Positions 32,332 to 43,672 of a DNA stretch of 64,000 nucleotides are shown piece by piece. This DNA is from Paramoeba atlantica (lineage: Eukaryota > Protista > Discosea): NCBI GenBank assembly GCA_977017575.1, contig CDRNVI010000039.1, positions 372,001 through 436,000 of the forward strand, read 5' to 3'. A program made the position numbers and the translations under genes. The notes under the pieces are model-generated. The model did no database searches, was not told where the DNA came from, and saw only the letters and a program-made list of their open reading frames with translations. Within the stretch, counting starts at the first letter, position 1. Every line of letters starts with the position of its first letter.

Positions 32332-33699
32332 CTACATTCGCTTATCGCTTAGAGCCGGTGTGGCTTGGCGTATCCTGTGTTCCACTCCGCGATCAAGAAT
32401 TCCCATCCCTATCAAACGTCGAATACCAGGGATAGCTTCCAATGCAGCTTGTTGTGGACAGAATTTAAGATCATAAACTTCTGATCGTATCTTTCGCGAC
32501 AACGGAAGAACTGCTGATGCAATGCACGACTGAAGACACGCGGATCTCCCTAGAGCCCCAATCATACGAATGCAGTCTACACAGGTAAACTTCGACAAGC
32601 AGTCGTTGAGCGCAGGAAGAATATATTTTCGCATGTACTGCTCATCAAGGGCCCCACAGCCCTCGAGACAAACGACCGCACTGGATAGAGCATGTCCCCC
32701 AATGTTTCTTAAGTGGTGACTAATATTCCTAGAAAATGCTACGGCAAAAGTATGCATTATACGGGCAGAGAGAACCGCTTGTGCAATAACAATGTGTTCA
32801 CTGAAATCCAATTCGGAAGCCACGTCTAACGGATTTATTTCTGTTACTTGTGATGGACTTTTCTCTTCACTTGATTGCTTCCGAACGCAAGTAACCTCGT
32901 ACTTCAGAACATACCACTTTTGCAATATGGAACAAAGCCCTTCGTGATCCAGATTAGCCAGTTGCAGAGTTTGCGCAACTCGTAAGCAAAGTCGACCAAG
33001 ATTGGCGGATAAGTCCTCGGAATCGGGTTGTTTTTCAATTGCTTTTTTGGATCCATTGATCACTCCCCCGTCGCCACCTTGTGACAAGAAGTCTAATCGT
33101 TGTGAAATTCGATCTCTAAATATATCGCACAATAGTTCAAGAAATTCTGAAGACAAACCTACATTCTGTGCAATTTCTAAAAGTCTCAGTTGAGTGTTTG
33201 ACGTCAGAGAACGGATATTTACTTCGGCGCTTAAGCATTCAAGACATTTCTTTTGGAGGCTGTAATCATATAGATAACGATAAATTGAGAGCGCTTGCAA
33301 ATACTGAACCGCCCTCTCAGCATTCCACTCTCCACTTTGGAACGATTTCAAACTTTCCACAACATAAAATGACAGTGCAGCGTCATAATTATGATTTCGA
33401 CCCATGTACTCTAACAATTCCAAGAGAAGATCCATATTTTTGCTAAGGCACTGGGATGCTTCATCCTGCGACTTGCAGATCCGTTGCCTTGTAACTTGCA
33501 TGAGCTCCAGCTGCCCAGAGAAAGAAAGAGAGCGATACGATTTATGAAGTCCAACCAGCTCATGATCTGCAAAGGACTTCACACTTTCTGACGGCATAGA
33601 TTTGAACATTGAAGACCTCTCGATCAGACGATGCTCTGTAAAGTGAAACGCAGATCGACCAGTTCTTTGTTTCCGAAGAAAACCTGTGACACCATTCAT
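32332..33699 (-). CDS. Hypothetical 455-aa helical-repeat protein, possibly mitochondrial
   Basis: Long ORF on the cluster strand; basic, acid-free N-terminus (GFLRKQRTGRSAF); Leu-rich helical composition. Confidence 0.75.
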   Translation of the reverse strand: MNGVTGFLRKQRTGRSAFHFTEHRLIERSSMFKSMPSESVKSFADHELVGLHKSYRSLSFSGQLELMQVTRQRICKSQDEASQCLSKNMDLLLELLEYMGRNHNYDAALSFYVVESLKSFQSGEWNAERAVQYLQALSIYRYLYDYSLQKKCLECLSAEVNIRSLTSNTQLRLLEIAQNVGLSSEFLELLCDIFRDRISQRLDFLSQGGDGGVINGSKKAIEKQPDSEDLSANLGRLCLRVAQTLQLANLDHEGLCSILQKWYVLKYEVTCVRKQSSEEKSPSQVTEINPLDVASELDFSEHIVIAQAVLSARIMHTFAVAFSRNISHHLRNIGGHALSSAVVCLEGCGALDEQYMRKYILPALNDCLSKFTCVDCIRMIGALGRSACLQSCIASAVLPLSRKIRSEVYDLKFCPQQAALEAIPGIRRLIGMGILDRGVEHRIRQATPALSDKRM

Positions 33700-34272
33700 T
33701 ATTGTTCGCTCAGCCTAGTAGATCACGCAGAAGCTTATAAAATAGGTAGCAATATGGATAAAAGAGGAAACGTATGCGATTTTTAAAACAAATTGCGTTC
33801 TACATATTGTTCTGTAAACATTGTCTCGTTAGCCACTACACTGCAGGTTCTCACCAAAAAGTCCCCTAAATGAATATTTCAATTCTTCAAAAACGAGAAA
33901 TGTCCCTTTTCGTTTGCTTTAGATAAGCTATTTAACAAAAAAACAACTATGAAATCAACATGCGTGTCTTCTATTCTTTTTTTGGAAATGGTTCTACCAT
34001 CGAATCAGTTTAATTCACATGATACTAAATTCAACGATAAATATTAAAAATATGAATAAAAACATTTTTTTAACACACACGAAGCGAAAAATATCTTGAT
34101 GTGGTAACTGACCTTTAAATCAGTACTAGTTCAAGACGTACATAGAACATGTACATACATGTTACATGTTACACTCTCTGTCACATGTGGATGTCGTTTG
34201 ATTGTTAAAGGGTAGCACATTCATACTCCGACTACATGTGATATAAACTGATTGTATTTCAATAGGCATTCG

Positions 34273-36189
34273 TTAATCCTCTCCAGATTTGTGCATCGGT
34301 TTTTCGTTTTTATTTGTTTTCGTATTTCCGCCCATATTCGCTTCAGAAAAAAAATAATTGCCACTTTCTTTTTGTTCACGATCCTTGACCGATCCGTTTT
34401 TATTTACTCGAGGCCTAAAATTCATAGGATCACTTCGGATTGTGACACCTAGTTGCCGAAGAAACGTATTCATTCCTTCCATCATAGACATTGGAGAGCC
34501 GGCATGGCACTTACGACCTGGTTCCCCTGTGTACACAATGACTTTGTCAGCAAGATATGAAGCCATAATAAAATCATGTTCTACGACAAAAGCGCTCTTT
34601 TTTGAATGCAGTATAAAGCGCTTTATAACTTTTGACGCATTTAACCGTTGTTCACTGTCGAGGTACGCCGAAGGCTCGTCGAGTAAATATACGTCAGCAG
34701 GTGTTCCGAGGGCAAGAACAATGGCTACGCGCTGTAGTTCACCCCCTGAGAGATTTAATACCGCGAGATCCATAAGTTCATCAATACGCAATGGTCGAGT
34801 TACATCCGTTTGAAACTGTGCGTGATTAAGAGCCGCATATATCTTTTTTTCGAGGAGCTCTCGAACAGTTCCTTGAAACTTAGGTGCAATTTTCTGGGGC
34901 TTGTAGGACACAACCATGCGAGGAAGTTCAACATCTGCATCGTCAGCCTTTTCAATCCCTGCTAGCAGACGAATAAAAGTAGTTTTTCCAGTTCCATTTT
35001 CCCCCAGCAAAACGATGCATTCTGAATCAGTAAACGTGCCTGAAGAAACGGAAAGCTTAAATCCATCTTTACCCATAGTCTTTTCCATGCCAGGATATTT
35101 GTAACGTGCATGTCGTTTGCTGTATATCTCCTCACTATTGCTCTCTAGCATTCGAAAGGTCAGTCCTTCCTCCCGAAACCGAAGGTTCTCGGTTGGTACA
35201 AAACCGTCCAAGAAGACATTGATGCCGTCCTTCACGCCAAAAGGCATAGTCACTACACCATATGCACCCGGTGTGCCATAAAGAACGCAAATAAAGTCCG
35301 ACATATAGTCTAGAACAGCAAGATCATGTTCCACAACTATGGCATACGAGTCCTCAGTCGCCATGTCTCGAATGATGCGGGCAACGAAAAGACGCTGTTT
35401 GATGTCAAGGTACGAGGAGGGTTCGTCGAACATATAGACATCGGCCTTTGCCAAACATGTCAGTGCTATGGCGAACCGCTGGAGCTCCCCACCTGAAAGG
35501 ACTGAAATATTCCGGTCAAGAACAGACTCAAGATGAAGCTCTTTTACGTATTTTTCCATTTCACCTCGTTCATCTTGAGATGTGAGCACATCTCGCACTG
35601 TACCGTTGATAAGACGCGGTAGCTCATCTACGTACTGTATTTTTGAGGATGAAATACACCTCTCTTCTACAAGACTTTGAAAGTAGGCTTGATGCTCGGA
35701 ACCACGAAAATATTTTAAAATGTCAACCCACGTGGGTGGAGAATCGAATTTTCCAAGATTGGGCTTAATTTTTCCTTGTAAAATTTTAAGAGCTGTTGAT
35801 TTCCCTGTACCATTGGCACCAACAAGGCCTAGCACTTGGCCTCGCCGAGGCAAGGGCAGACGATGCAGCTTAAAAGTATTAGGTCCGTACCGGTGTGTAG
35901 TAAATCGTGAAACGTTTTTAGGAAGATTAATAATACTAATCGCTTGGAAAGGACATTTCTTTGGACAGATGCCGCACCCAATGCAAAGCTCTTCTGAAAT
36001 TTTTGCAACTTTATCCAATGCCGTGACTTCTATACATAACTGACCACCGCGGACGACAGGACACGATTTTTTACACTCCAGTTTACATTTTTTCGGTTTG
36101 CATCGATCGGGATTCACAATTGCAATTCGTGTGAGATCTTCCTCACTTTCTTTTTGCGAGTGCCGGCTGTAAACTTCAGTGCGAGTCAT
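34273..36189 (-). CDS. ABCE1: ABCE1/RLI1 ribosome recycling ATPase
   Basis: Fe-S domain CKPKKC..EC...CP and [12 protein letters not shown]; Walker [10 protein letters not shown] and GENGTGKTT; two LSGGELQR signatures. Confidence 0.98.
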   Translation of the reverse strand: MTRTEVYSRHSQKESEEDLTRIAIVNPDRCKPKKCKLECKKSCPVVRGGQLCIEVTALDKVAKISEELCIGCGICPKKCPFQAISIINLPKNVSRFTTHRYGPNTFKLHRLPLPRRGQVLGLVGANGTGKSTALKILQGKIKPNLGKFDSPPTWVDILKYFRGSEHQAYFQSLVEERCISSSKIQYVDELPRLINGTVRDVLTSQDERGEMEKYVKELHLESVLDRNISVLSGGELQRFAIALTCLAKADVYMFDEPSSYLDIKQRLFVARIIRDMATEDSYAIVVEHDLAVLDYMSDFICVLYGTPGAYGVVTMPFGVKDGINVFLDGFVPTENLRFREEGLTFRMLESNSEEIYSKRHARYKYPGMEKTMGKDGFKLSVSSGTFTDSECIVLLGENGTGKTTFIRLLAGIEKADDADVELPRMVVSYKPQKIAPKFQGTVRELLEKKIYAALNHAQFQTDVTRPLRIDELMDLAVLNLSGGELQRVAIVLALGTPADVYLLDEPSAYLDSEQRLNASKVIKRFILHSKKSAFVVEHDFIMASYLADKVIVYTGEPGRKCHAGSPMSMMEGMNTFLRQLGVTIRSDPMNFRPRVNKNGSVKDREQKESGNYFFSEANMGGNTKTNKNEKPMHKSGED

Positions 36190-36392
36190 TTAAGTTCTGA
36201 CAATCTTATTGTATGCAAAGAAAGTTATGTATAACGACTCGCTTCTGAAGATGAACTCAACAGCATGAAAAATGTAGTGGAATACACGCGATTAAATACT
36301 TTCTTTGGAGTGTTGTTTATTTAGGTTGTAGATTATCAGTACACAATAAATTTCTTCTTACGGACGTGTCTCTTCAAAAGAAAACGTAGGAC

Positions 36393-37151
36393 TCACGAAG
36401 GTGGGTAATTTGGTGTGTATTCCACTGAAGAATCCGCCGATTCAGTATCTGACTGTGCAGCTTTGTTATCAGAGTTGCTTGGAAAAACACTAGGGAGAAC
36501 TCCGCGGTCCTTCAGCAGCTGTTCGACGTACTGAGGTGGAGGAGGTGGTTCATAGCAAGGATAGGATCGCACTCGGTACAATGATGTGTCGATAGGAATT
36601 TCGGTCCCTATGCTCTCAGGGGCGGGAACTGCGGCAGTATGTGGAATGGCCCTCGATGCGTCAAAGTCAGAATACCAACCCGGAACATCAGCTGCATCAA
36701 TTTCGATAGGCCGAAGAGAGCTCTCCCCGTGAAAGGTTAAATACCCGAATGCAGTGCCTAATTTACAATTCTTGGGCTCCGGTGAGACATGACATAAAGT
36801 AACAAACTTTTCGTATGTGCCCTCCATCCATTCTTTGCGATAGAATTTTTGCCCCCTGCCCATGCAGGGCATTCTGCAGGCAATCTGTAGAAGTGTTTCC
36901 CCGGTACTTCGGTCGTACTCGTGGCGAGCAACAATGTATTTTAAGATATCCATGGGGTCCTTTTGTACAGCACGTTCAATGCCTATGGGAAGTTCGGATC
37001 CGTCCAGAAGGGTCCGGTCACGTTGGTTTAATACAATCCGCGGAAACTTTTCTTTTACATACGACCAAGGCATTCGACGGCGATGTGCGCCTGTATGCAG
37101 TCGACCTTTTGTTCTACTATGAAAAATACTACTACCGCCCTGCCAGGACAT
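36393..37151 (-). CDS. Mitochondrial ribosomal protein mS34-like
   Basis: GETLLQIACRMPCMGRG...W...GTAFGYLTFHG...IEI....GW matches the MRP-S34 pattern (recalled from memory, not searched). Confidence 0.7.
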   Translation of the reverse strand: MSWQGGSSIFHSRTKGRLHTGAHRRRMPWSYVKEKFPRIVLNQRDRTLLDGSELPIGIERAVQKDPMDILKYIVARHEYDRSTGETLLQIACRMPCMGRGQKFYRKEWMEGTYEKFVTLCHVSPEPKNCKLGTAFGYLTFHGESSLRPIEIDAADVPGWYSDFDASRAIPHTAAVPAPESIGTEIPIDTSLYRVRSYPCYEPPPPPQYVEQLLKDRGVLPSVFPSNSDNKAAQSDTESADSSVEYTPNYPPS

Positions 37152-37457
37152 GTATACGTCAGTTTCTAAATCTATGTACTCGTTTACTTCTTTCGCACTT
37201 GCTGTAGAGAAAAATAGCCGAAAAAATCAATATCAATTAAAAGGAATTAGAAAAATTATTCCCCAATAACGATGTCCAATTACATTTGTAGGATGCGTGT
37301 ACAAGTATTTTACTACAGGTTATTATAACCTGTAAAATTTTATAACATTTTTTTAATAGTATAACACGTTGCATCTTGCGCAACGTACATTGTGCAATTA
37401 GGCTTTCATCAGGAATATGCGGACCCCTGTACCAAACAGTTACAGATACTACAACTA

Positions 37458-38189
37458 CTACAGCTCAACTTGCAGGCCAACATGCACAAAGTTCGGCACT
37501 TTATCACTGAGGAGCACACAGTAGTTTTCGTCCAGGTCAAGCAAAACCATGCCCTTTGGAAGTTGGCTAAAATCGACAATGCCTTCAAACCGATTGCGAC
37601 CAAGGCGTAGCGTTCGCATTCCACAAGGGATATGCTCAAAATTTAAATTTCCACTAAACATATTCTGAGAAAGATTGAGCTCAAGAAGGCCGGTTGGAAG
37701 GCTTGTTAGGTCTACGTGGCCCCGGAATCGATTTTTTTGAAATGAAAATGACTGTGCGGCACCCGGAAGAGACGTCATGTCCAGTGTGTGACGATACAAA
37801 TTTTCATTGACATCTAAATTGGTAACCAGAGATGGAACAGTGCAAAGTTGAAAGTCACCTTTTAAAAAATTTGAGTGATATTTATCTTTTCCAAGATCAA
37901 GACGCAACAAAGAGAAGGAGAGGCCATCCCATCGAATATTCCCGCGAAGTTGCCGACCACTCCAGTTAATCGCAATCAACTGTGCTAAATCATCACATAA
38001 CACGCCCGGCCACGTGCACGCGTGGTGTGGGTCCGACCATGACGAAGGGGGATTTTCAATGTTAGAAATAATTATAGGAAGAACAAACTCGGCGGGCATA
38101 TGAGACCCACGCACTTTCCCCGGCCTACGAGGGACCTGTGATTCAGCCCCCAGCAGTGGAAGAAGTAACCAAATTGAAGCCATAAACAT
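37458..38189 (-). CDS. Leucine-rich-repeat protein with a predicted signal peptide
   Basis: MASIWLLLPLLGAE signal, ACTWPGVLCD cap, LPxxLxxLxLxxNxFxG repeats. The track's extra N-terminus comes from a dispersed repeat (38262-38320, similar to 27793-27850). Confidence 0.85.
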   Translation of the reverse strand: MFMASIWLLLPLLGAESQVPRRPGKVRGSHMPAEFVLPIIISNIENPPSSWSDPHHACTWPGVLCDDLAQLIAINWSGRQLRGNIRWDGLSFSLLRLDLGKDKYHSNFLKGDFQLCTVPSLVTNLDVNENLYRHTLDMTSLPGAAQSFSFQKNRFRGHVDLTSLPTGLLELNLSQNMFSGNLNFEHIPCGMRTLRLGRNRFEGIVDFSQLPKGMVLLDLDENYCVLLSDKVPNFVHVGLQVEL

Positions 38190-38613
38190 TTTATATGTAA
38201 GAAAAATGCGGATTTTAGCATACTGAAAACTTAAGATATAAATTGCATTTGTTTTTGCGAATAATATCGCGACCCCGGGGAGGTCTACAGACGCGGTATT
38301 GCCTCTATACACTGTATTCTATCTTTATGTGCCTCTACTGTATGTTTACCCAGTATGAGCATGAACCTTGCCCAACGTTACCTCACTTTATACCCCTTAC
38401 CTAACTTTATAACTTTTCAGGGAGGTTAAGGCCTCCCTCTGCCTTGCCTCACACGGGATGAAATACTGTTGGGGGGCAAGGTCTCCTTTTTTCGTAGACA
38501 CTCTATTTCTCCTAGATTTTTCATGGTGATTTGTAGACGACTGCATTTAGTCAAAGCTAAGCACAGTAAGTTACAGTCTGTAAATGCTATTGAAATCGTG
38601 CATCATACACGTT

Positions 38614-39414
38614 TTACTGTATAATATCTCTTGACGAGAAAAGCGTTTGTTTCCGTTTGAGACGCAGTACGGCAACCCAAAAGGCAAGACTCTTGTCTTT
38701 GTTCGTTCCTGAATCAATATCTTCGGCGTCACAAGTAGGTATTTCGAGTTGGGCTGTAATTTCAGCCACAAAGCTGCCACCGATGGATGGATCACGTGGT
38801 AACTTTCCGCCTGTGTGTCGTGATACGGAAACAACACTTCCTAGTGAACCGCATGACGGAGAACCCCTCTTACCAATATACCCATCAATGCGCTGATTTG
38901 TGGATGAAACAGATGTAAAACGCTCATACACGTATTGCTTCATTTCATGATCCACAGTAACACGGTACCCATTTCTATAAAACACCAATTGTGGCGCGCG
39001 ATTCATAGACGAATACGTTTCTGACTTCTCCGTCCCTGATGGTAAGTGACCCATTTCCAGATGAAGAGGACGACGTGGTGAACCTAGTTTGAGCCCAAAT
39101 GATTCTGGACAAATAGGCAAAGCTGGTAAAACTCGAGATAAGAATTTTAGTCTCGGCGGCCGTAGTCGACCATCGTATGCCACGCGATGACCCACAAGAC
39201 AAGCGCTTACGCCGATCGTTATTCTCCTAACGTCTTCAAAGAAATTCATGGTGTTAACTTTGCACGAGTTACATACGTTAAACGGTTGAATCTCGGTTGA
39301 AATATTTGTGTCAACAACTGCGCCAGTAAGCGAGCGACGTACACGACTATCTAGCAGTCCCGCAAATATCGGAAGACATGAATCACATATTTGGGCTAGA
39401 CACCCGCATCCCAT
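38614..39414 (-). CDS. DUF523 / 2-thiouracil desulfurase (TudS, YbbK)-family protein with an N-terminal MGCGC extension
   Basis: IGVSACLVG..V.YDG, PICPE..GL...PR, K.GSPSCGS motifs; three conserved Cys present. Confidence 0.85.
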   Translation of the reverse strand: MGCGCLAQICDSCLPIFAGLLDSRVRRSLTGAVVDTNISTEIQPFNVCNSCKVNTMNFFEDVRRITIGVSACLVGHRVAYDGRLRPPRLKFLSRVLPALPICPESFGLKLGSPRRPLHLEMGHLPSGTEKSETYSSMNRAPQLVFYRNGYRVTVDHEMKQYVYERFTSVSSTNQRIDGYIGKRGSPSCGSLGSVVSVSRHTGGKLPRDPSIGGSFVAEITAQLEIPTCDAEDIDSGTNKDKSLAFWVAVLRLKRKQTLFSSRDIIQ

Positions 39415-40060
39415 TTGTTTTTGCTATCTTACTTTTTTTTAGGACAACATAGTATCGACATCGTCAACCGTAAGCAACGGCAAAATCAGAGCTCCTCTGA
39501 GTGCGGTTTACGATGACATAAAATCATTGCGACATCAATGTCTAAACGTGCCTATGTAAATTCGTCAGGGAGAAATTAAATCTTTTTCATTTCGGACACT
39601 GCAGTCGAATATATTTAACTTGTATCTAATGGCACAATCGTACCATTTGATACACTGCTTATGGTTGTACGCAAAAGTGTAAATGGAAAGGACGAGAGAA
39701 TTCAAAACTAGAGATTGATATTATAAGTCTAAAAGCGAACAATTTATTAGAAGGTGAATCAGTCAGAGTCGTTCATTTAATTCTTACCTCTCTCCTTATA
39801 TTAAGAACCCTTCCACGGCATAAAAAACTAAGTAAAAAAAATAAATGCATAGAAAATACTAAAGCTATGAAAGAAACCGAGAATATTAGAACACTTATTT
39901 TGAGAAATACTAAGAATGAAACTTATTTTCAGATATTTTATCATATTATAGCCATAGTCATCTATCATACTAACATCATTATTAAAGGATCAATCAGTAA
40001 ATAGCCCAACACTATATTTATGACACGCATACATGAAGAAACAAAATCCAAAGGACGCAA

Positions 40061-41842
40061 CTATGGAGTCAAATCCTCGGGATGCGCAATGACACTGTTT
40101 TTGATTCCATAGAAAACGTATAACACGAACCCAATCACACACCACACAGAGAACCGCACCCATGTTGACCACGGAAGATTGATGAGCAGAAAAACATTGA
40201 ACAACATGGCCAACAGCGGAATATACGGCGACCACGGCACGCAGAAACTCATTTTCTCCGAAACCCGCTGCGGCAACAGCGCCAACAGGGCCGTACAGTA
40301 CACCATCACCGCCAGTCCCACCCCGAGGACACTGTAGAACGCCCGCCCGGCGCTATCCCCGTAGCACACATACACCACACACACCACCACCGCGGCCCCC
40401 GTGTAGAGCGTAATCAGCACACACGAGGCGGCGTAGGAGGAGGTGGGCCAGCCCCAGAGCCGGACCCCCCCACGGGCCCGGTCCACCGCGGGCAGCGCGC
40501 TCCCCGCGAACGGCACCCACGCGTTCGGGTCCTCGATCCGCGAGAGCTGGGCGCGGGTGTGGGGGTCGACCGCGCTGCGGGCCTTGGAGGGGTCCGAGGG
40601 CTTCGTCGGTCCCGCGGCACACTCCTCATCGTACTCTCGGTAGCGCAGGACGAGGACGGAGGCACACACCGCGGCGTAGCACATGAGTGTGCCGAGCGAC
40701 ATGAGATTGGCCAGGGAGACGTAGGGGAAGATCATGGCGAGTAGGGCGGCGAGGAGGCCGGTGGCCCAGGCGGAGACGTGGGGGGTGCGGAACCGGGGGT
40801 GGACCTTGCTGAACATCTTGGGGAGGAGCCCGTCACTGGCAATGGCGTACGCGATGCGCGGCATCGGGACTACGCCCATGAGGAGACTGCTGAAACACCC
40901 ACAAACGGCCCCCACCGCGATGACGTTCTTCGCCCAGTGGACGTTGTGGGCGGAGAAGGCGGTGGCAAGGGGAGCGTTGACGTCAATCTGGTTGTAGGGC
41001 TGGAGCATGGAGATAATGAGACCGGAGGCCATGTAGCCTACGCAGCAGATGCAGAGTGAGCTGACAATGGCGAGGGGGAGATCTCGTTTGGGATTCTTTG
41101 CCTCTTCCGCGGTGGTGGCAATGGCGTCGAATCCTACGTAACAGAAGAAGGAGATGGCCGCACCTTCAAAAACGCCTCGTACTCCGTACGGGCTGAAGTT
41201 GGCCGTGAAGTTCGTCGTGTCGGCGTAGAAGGAACCCAAGATGACGGTGAACAGAATCACACAACAATTTAACCCCGTCAAGGTGTTATTCATCGTGGCA
41301 GATTCCTTGACTCCGCACATCACAACCAGTGTCAACAGCAAGATAAAACCGGCGGAGACAAAGTCGGGGTAGGGTGAAAGTTCGGAGGAGAGATTCCAGC
41401 CGAGGTTGTTTAACATTGCTTCGTGAATCCGATTGTTTGCCAGAGCATTCAAGTAGTTCACAAGACCTTTCGCCACGGCAGAGGTGCCAATGATGTATTC
41501 CAGAAGGAGCTGCCATCCCGCAAACCACGCCATTCCTTCTCCCATGGTCACGAAGCTGTACTCGTACACAGACCCGGCCCGTGGCACGCGCGCGGCAAAT
41601 TCAGAGTAGCATAGTGCACTTAAAATGCTCGCCAGTCCCGCAAGAAAAAAAGAAATGACAATGGAGGGTCCCGTCGACTCGTGTGCAATAACTCCTAAGA
41701 GCGTGTACACGCCTGTACCCAGAGTCGCGCCAATACCAACAAAGATAAGGTCGACTAACGTGAGAACTCGTTTAAGTTCCGTCCCGAGAGAGTGTTCGTG
41801 ACCCAAAGGTTTGCGACGAAGAAGTTTTTGGGAAAGGGACAT
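40061..41842 (-). CDS. Cationic amino-acid transporter (APC superfamily, SLC7A1-4/CAT-like)
   Basis: L.R.L...DL...GIG.TLGTG.Y, LCYSEFAARVP.AGS.Y.Y, GFD.IAT.AEEAKNP.R, PR..YA.A.DGLLP, C-terminal F.VP.SPY.P and W.RF.VW. Start at MSLSQKLLRRK (ATG 41842). Confidence 0.93.
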   Translation of the reverse strand: MSLSQKLLRRKPLGHEHSLGTELKRVLTLVDLIFVGIGATLGTGVYTLLGVIAHESTGPSIVISFFLAGLASILSALCYSEFAARVPRAGSVYEYSFVTMGEGMAWFAGWQLLLEYIIGTSAVAKGLVNYLNALANNRIHEAMLNNLGWNLSSELSPYPDFVSAGFILLLTLVVMCGVKESATMNNTLTGLNCCVILFTVILGSFYADTTNFTANFSPYGVRGVFEGAAISFFCYVGFDAIATTAEEAKNPKRDLPLAIVSSLCICCVGYMASGLIISMLQPYNQIDVNAPLATAFSAHNVHWAKNVIAVGAVCGCFSSLLMGVVPMPRIAYAIASDGLLPKMFSKVHPRFRTPHVSAWATGLLAALLAMIFPYVSLANLMSLGTLMCYAAVCASVLVLRYREYDEECAAGPTKPSDPSKARSAVDPHTRAQLSRIEDPNAWVPFAGSALPAVDRARGGVRLWGWPTSSYAASCVLITLYTGAAVVVCVVYVCYGDSAGRAFYSVLGVGLAVMVYCTALLALLPQRVSEKMSFCVPWSPYIPLLAMLFNVFLLINLPWSTWVRFSVWCVIGFVLYVFYGIKNSVIAHPEDLTP

Positions 41843-42163
41843 GGGACCAAAAATTATATGAACTTGTGGCAAAGGCTTGACCAATTATGTTTTTGTATAC
41901 TGCAAATCTTTTCAAATAAAGAAGCATTATTTGGGAGAAGAAATGCAACAGATCTCAGGCTTTCACTCGAAAGGTGATTTTTCTCGGTATTAAATCAATA
42001 ACTAAGTCAAGAAATCTCAAAAAAAGTAAGAACCTTGTAACAAAAAATGTGACAAAAGCATGAATGTTAATTATTATGCGATAGTATGTCAATTTGTACT
42101 GTGCTTTGAACACGCACTTAATATCTTTATTAACCGATATACTTGAGAGTTTATTCACCTTCA

Positions 42164-43672
42164 CTATTTTAGAACCTTTTCCCCCTTAATAGAACGTCTT
42201 TTTCGATGTTCATTGTTGTCATTGGTCTTCTGTAAACCATTTGAATCATTTGATGTATGTTCGAGTTTCAGCAATTTACAAACAAAAAAACCGTCCATGT
42301 TATGTAAATGAGGAAAATATCTTCGACATTTAGTGACAGAGGAATGTAAGCGATATTGTCGCATTTTGTCAAACCCCGGACGCCCAAATTTCAACTCGGA
42401 TTCCATAATTTGAACGTTCCTTTTTTTCAGCGCGTAATTCGCAACTTGTTCATTTTCTTCAAACAGAACACTGCACGTCGAATAAACGATCGTACCACCA
42501 ACCTTGCAGCAATCGATTGCAGCAAGTAGCAATTCTTTTTGTATTACAGTTGCATAATCTAAGTCTTCTTGCGTTTTAGAAGCTCTTATAGACCGATCTC
42601 GCGATATTACACCTGTTCCTGTACATGGCGCATCAAGTAATACCTTGTCGAAAAAATTTAGATACATTTTCGGGTATTTTCTTCCATCCATGGAAGTGAT
42701 TGCAACTCTAGAGCATCCCATGCGGTGCAGATTAGCTTGTAGAGATTTACATCGAGCCCGGGATGCATCATTTGCAAACAGCATTCCACTATCACCCATT
42801 AATTGTACAATAAAGGACGACTTTCCACCGGGAGCTGCTGCAAGGTCAAGAACCTTCTCGTTCGGCTGAGGATCCAGTGTGATAACTGGAAGGAAAGAAA
42901 CTGCACTCTGCAACATGTAATGACCAGCAAGATACTCCGCTGTTGCCCCGACTGCAACTTTGCTCTCGAATACTTGTAGCCCCACATTAGTCCATTTTTC
43001 CAGGGCTTGAAGGTGCACACCCCGTTGAGCGAGGGCGTGTGACACTTCTCGACGTCGCGACTTTAAAGTATTGACTCGTAGTGTGACTGGCCTCTCCTTT
43101 TCATTGGCCTCGATGAACTCAACGACTTCTGATGGTGGCAAAATTTCCAGCAGCTTACGTGTCAAAAACTCGTTGTAATCGTACAGTCGACAAACATCTT
43201 TTACTAGCACATCAATGTATTCTTTTCGCTGATGTTCTAATGATCTTTCGCTCTTGAAGTTTGCCAGTACATGTAGCACAGCAGATATACGCCTTTTAGT
43301 ATTTTCAATAGTTCCTGTGGTATCAGCTTTTTTGTCAGCGCTTAAAACGTGAGTCGGCAAAGTAGAAAGGGGCTTTGCTTCACTTTTTTCATTAACCACG
43401 CTAAAAATATCCACCTTTTCATCCCGCATGATGTCCTCATCTATGTTGCTAGAAAAGTCATCCCTCTGTTGTTTCTGTAGCATGTCATGTACGCGTTGAG
43501 CCTTATGTTCAAATGTTTCACATTCTTCGGACGCAGAATCAGTAGAATCCTCTTCGTTCATATCTTCCCTCTGAGGGATTTCACTCGTTGCTATTTCCTC
43601 TATTGAGGAGGTGCCCGAGATAAGCTCGGATACACGGATTCGAGGAACTCTTTTTCGTTTTGAGTGAGTCAT
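42164..43672 (-). CDS. NOP2: Nucleolar rRNA m5C methyltransferase Nop2/p120
   Basis: RVNTLK.RR, GAT.EYLAGHY.LQ, LDLAAAPGGK, DKVLLDAPCTGTG, YSTCS, PH.HNMDGFF; start at ATG 43672. Confidence 0.95.
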   Translation of the reverse strand: MTHSKRKRVPRIRVSELISGTSSIEEIATSEIPQREDMNEEDSTDSASEECETFEHKAQRVHDMLQKQQRDDFSSNIDEDIMRDEKVDIFSVVNEKSEAKPLSTLPTHVLSADKKADTTGTIENTKRRISAVLHVLANFKSERSLEHQRKEYIDVLVKDVCRLYDYNEFLTRKLLEILPPSEVVEFIEANEKERPVTLRVNTLKSRRREVSHALAQRGVHLQALEKWTNVGLQVFESKVAVGATAEYLAGHYMLQSAVSFLPVITLDPQPNEKVLDLAAAPGGKSSFIVQLMGDSGMLFANDASRARCKSLQANLHRMGCSRVAITSMDGRKYPKMYLNFFDKVLLDAPCTGTGVISRDRSIRASKTQEDLDYATVIQKELLLAAIDCCKVGGTIVYSTCSVLFEENEQVANYALKKRNVQIMESELKFGRPGFDKMRQYRLHSSVTKCRRYFPHLHNMDGFFVCKLLKLEHTSNDSNGLQKTNDNNEHRKRRSIKGEKVLK

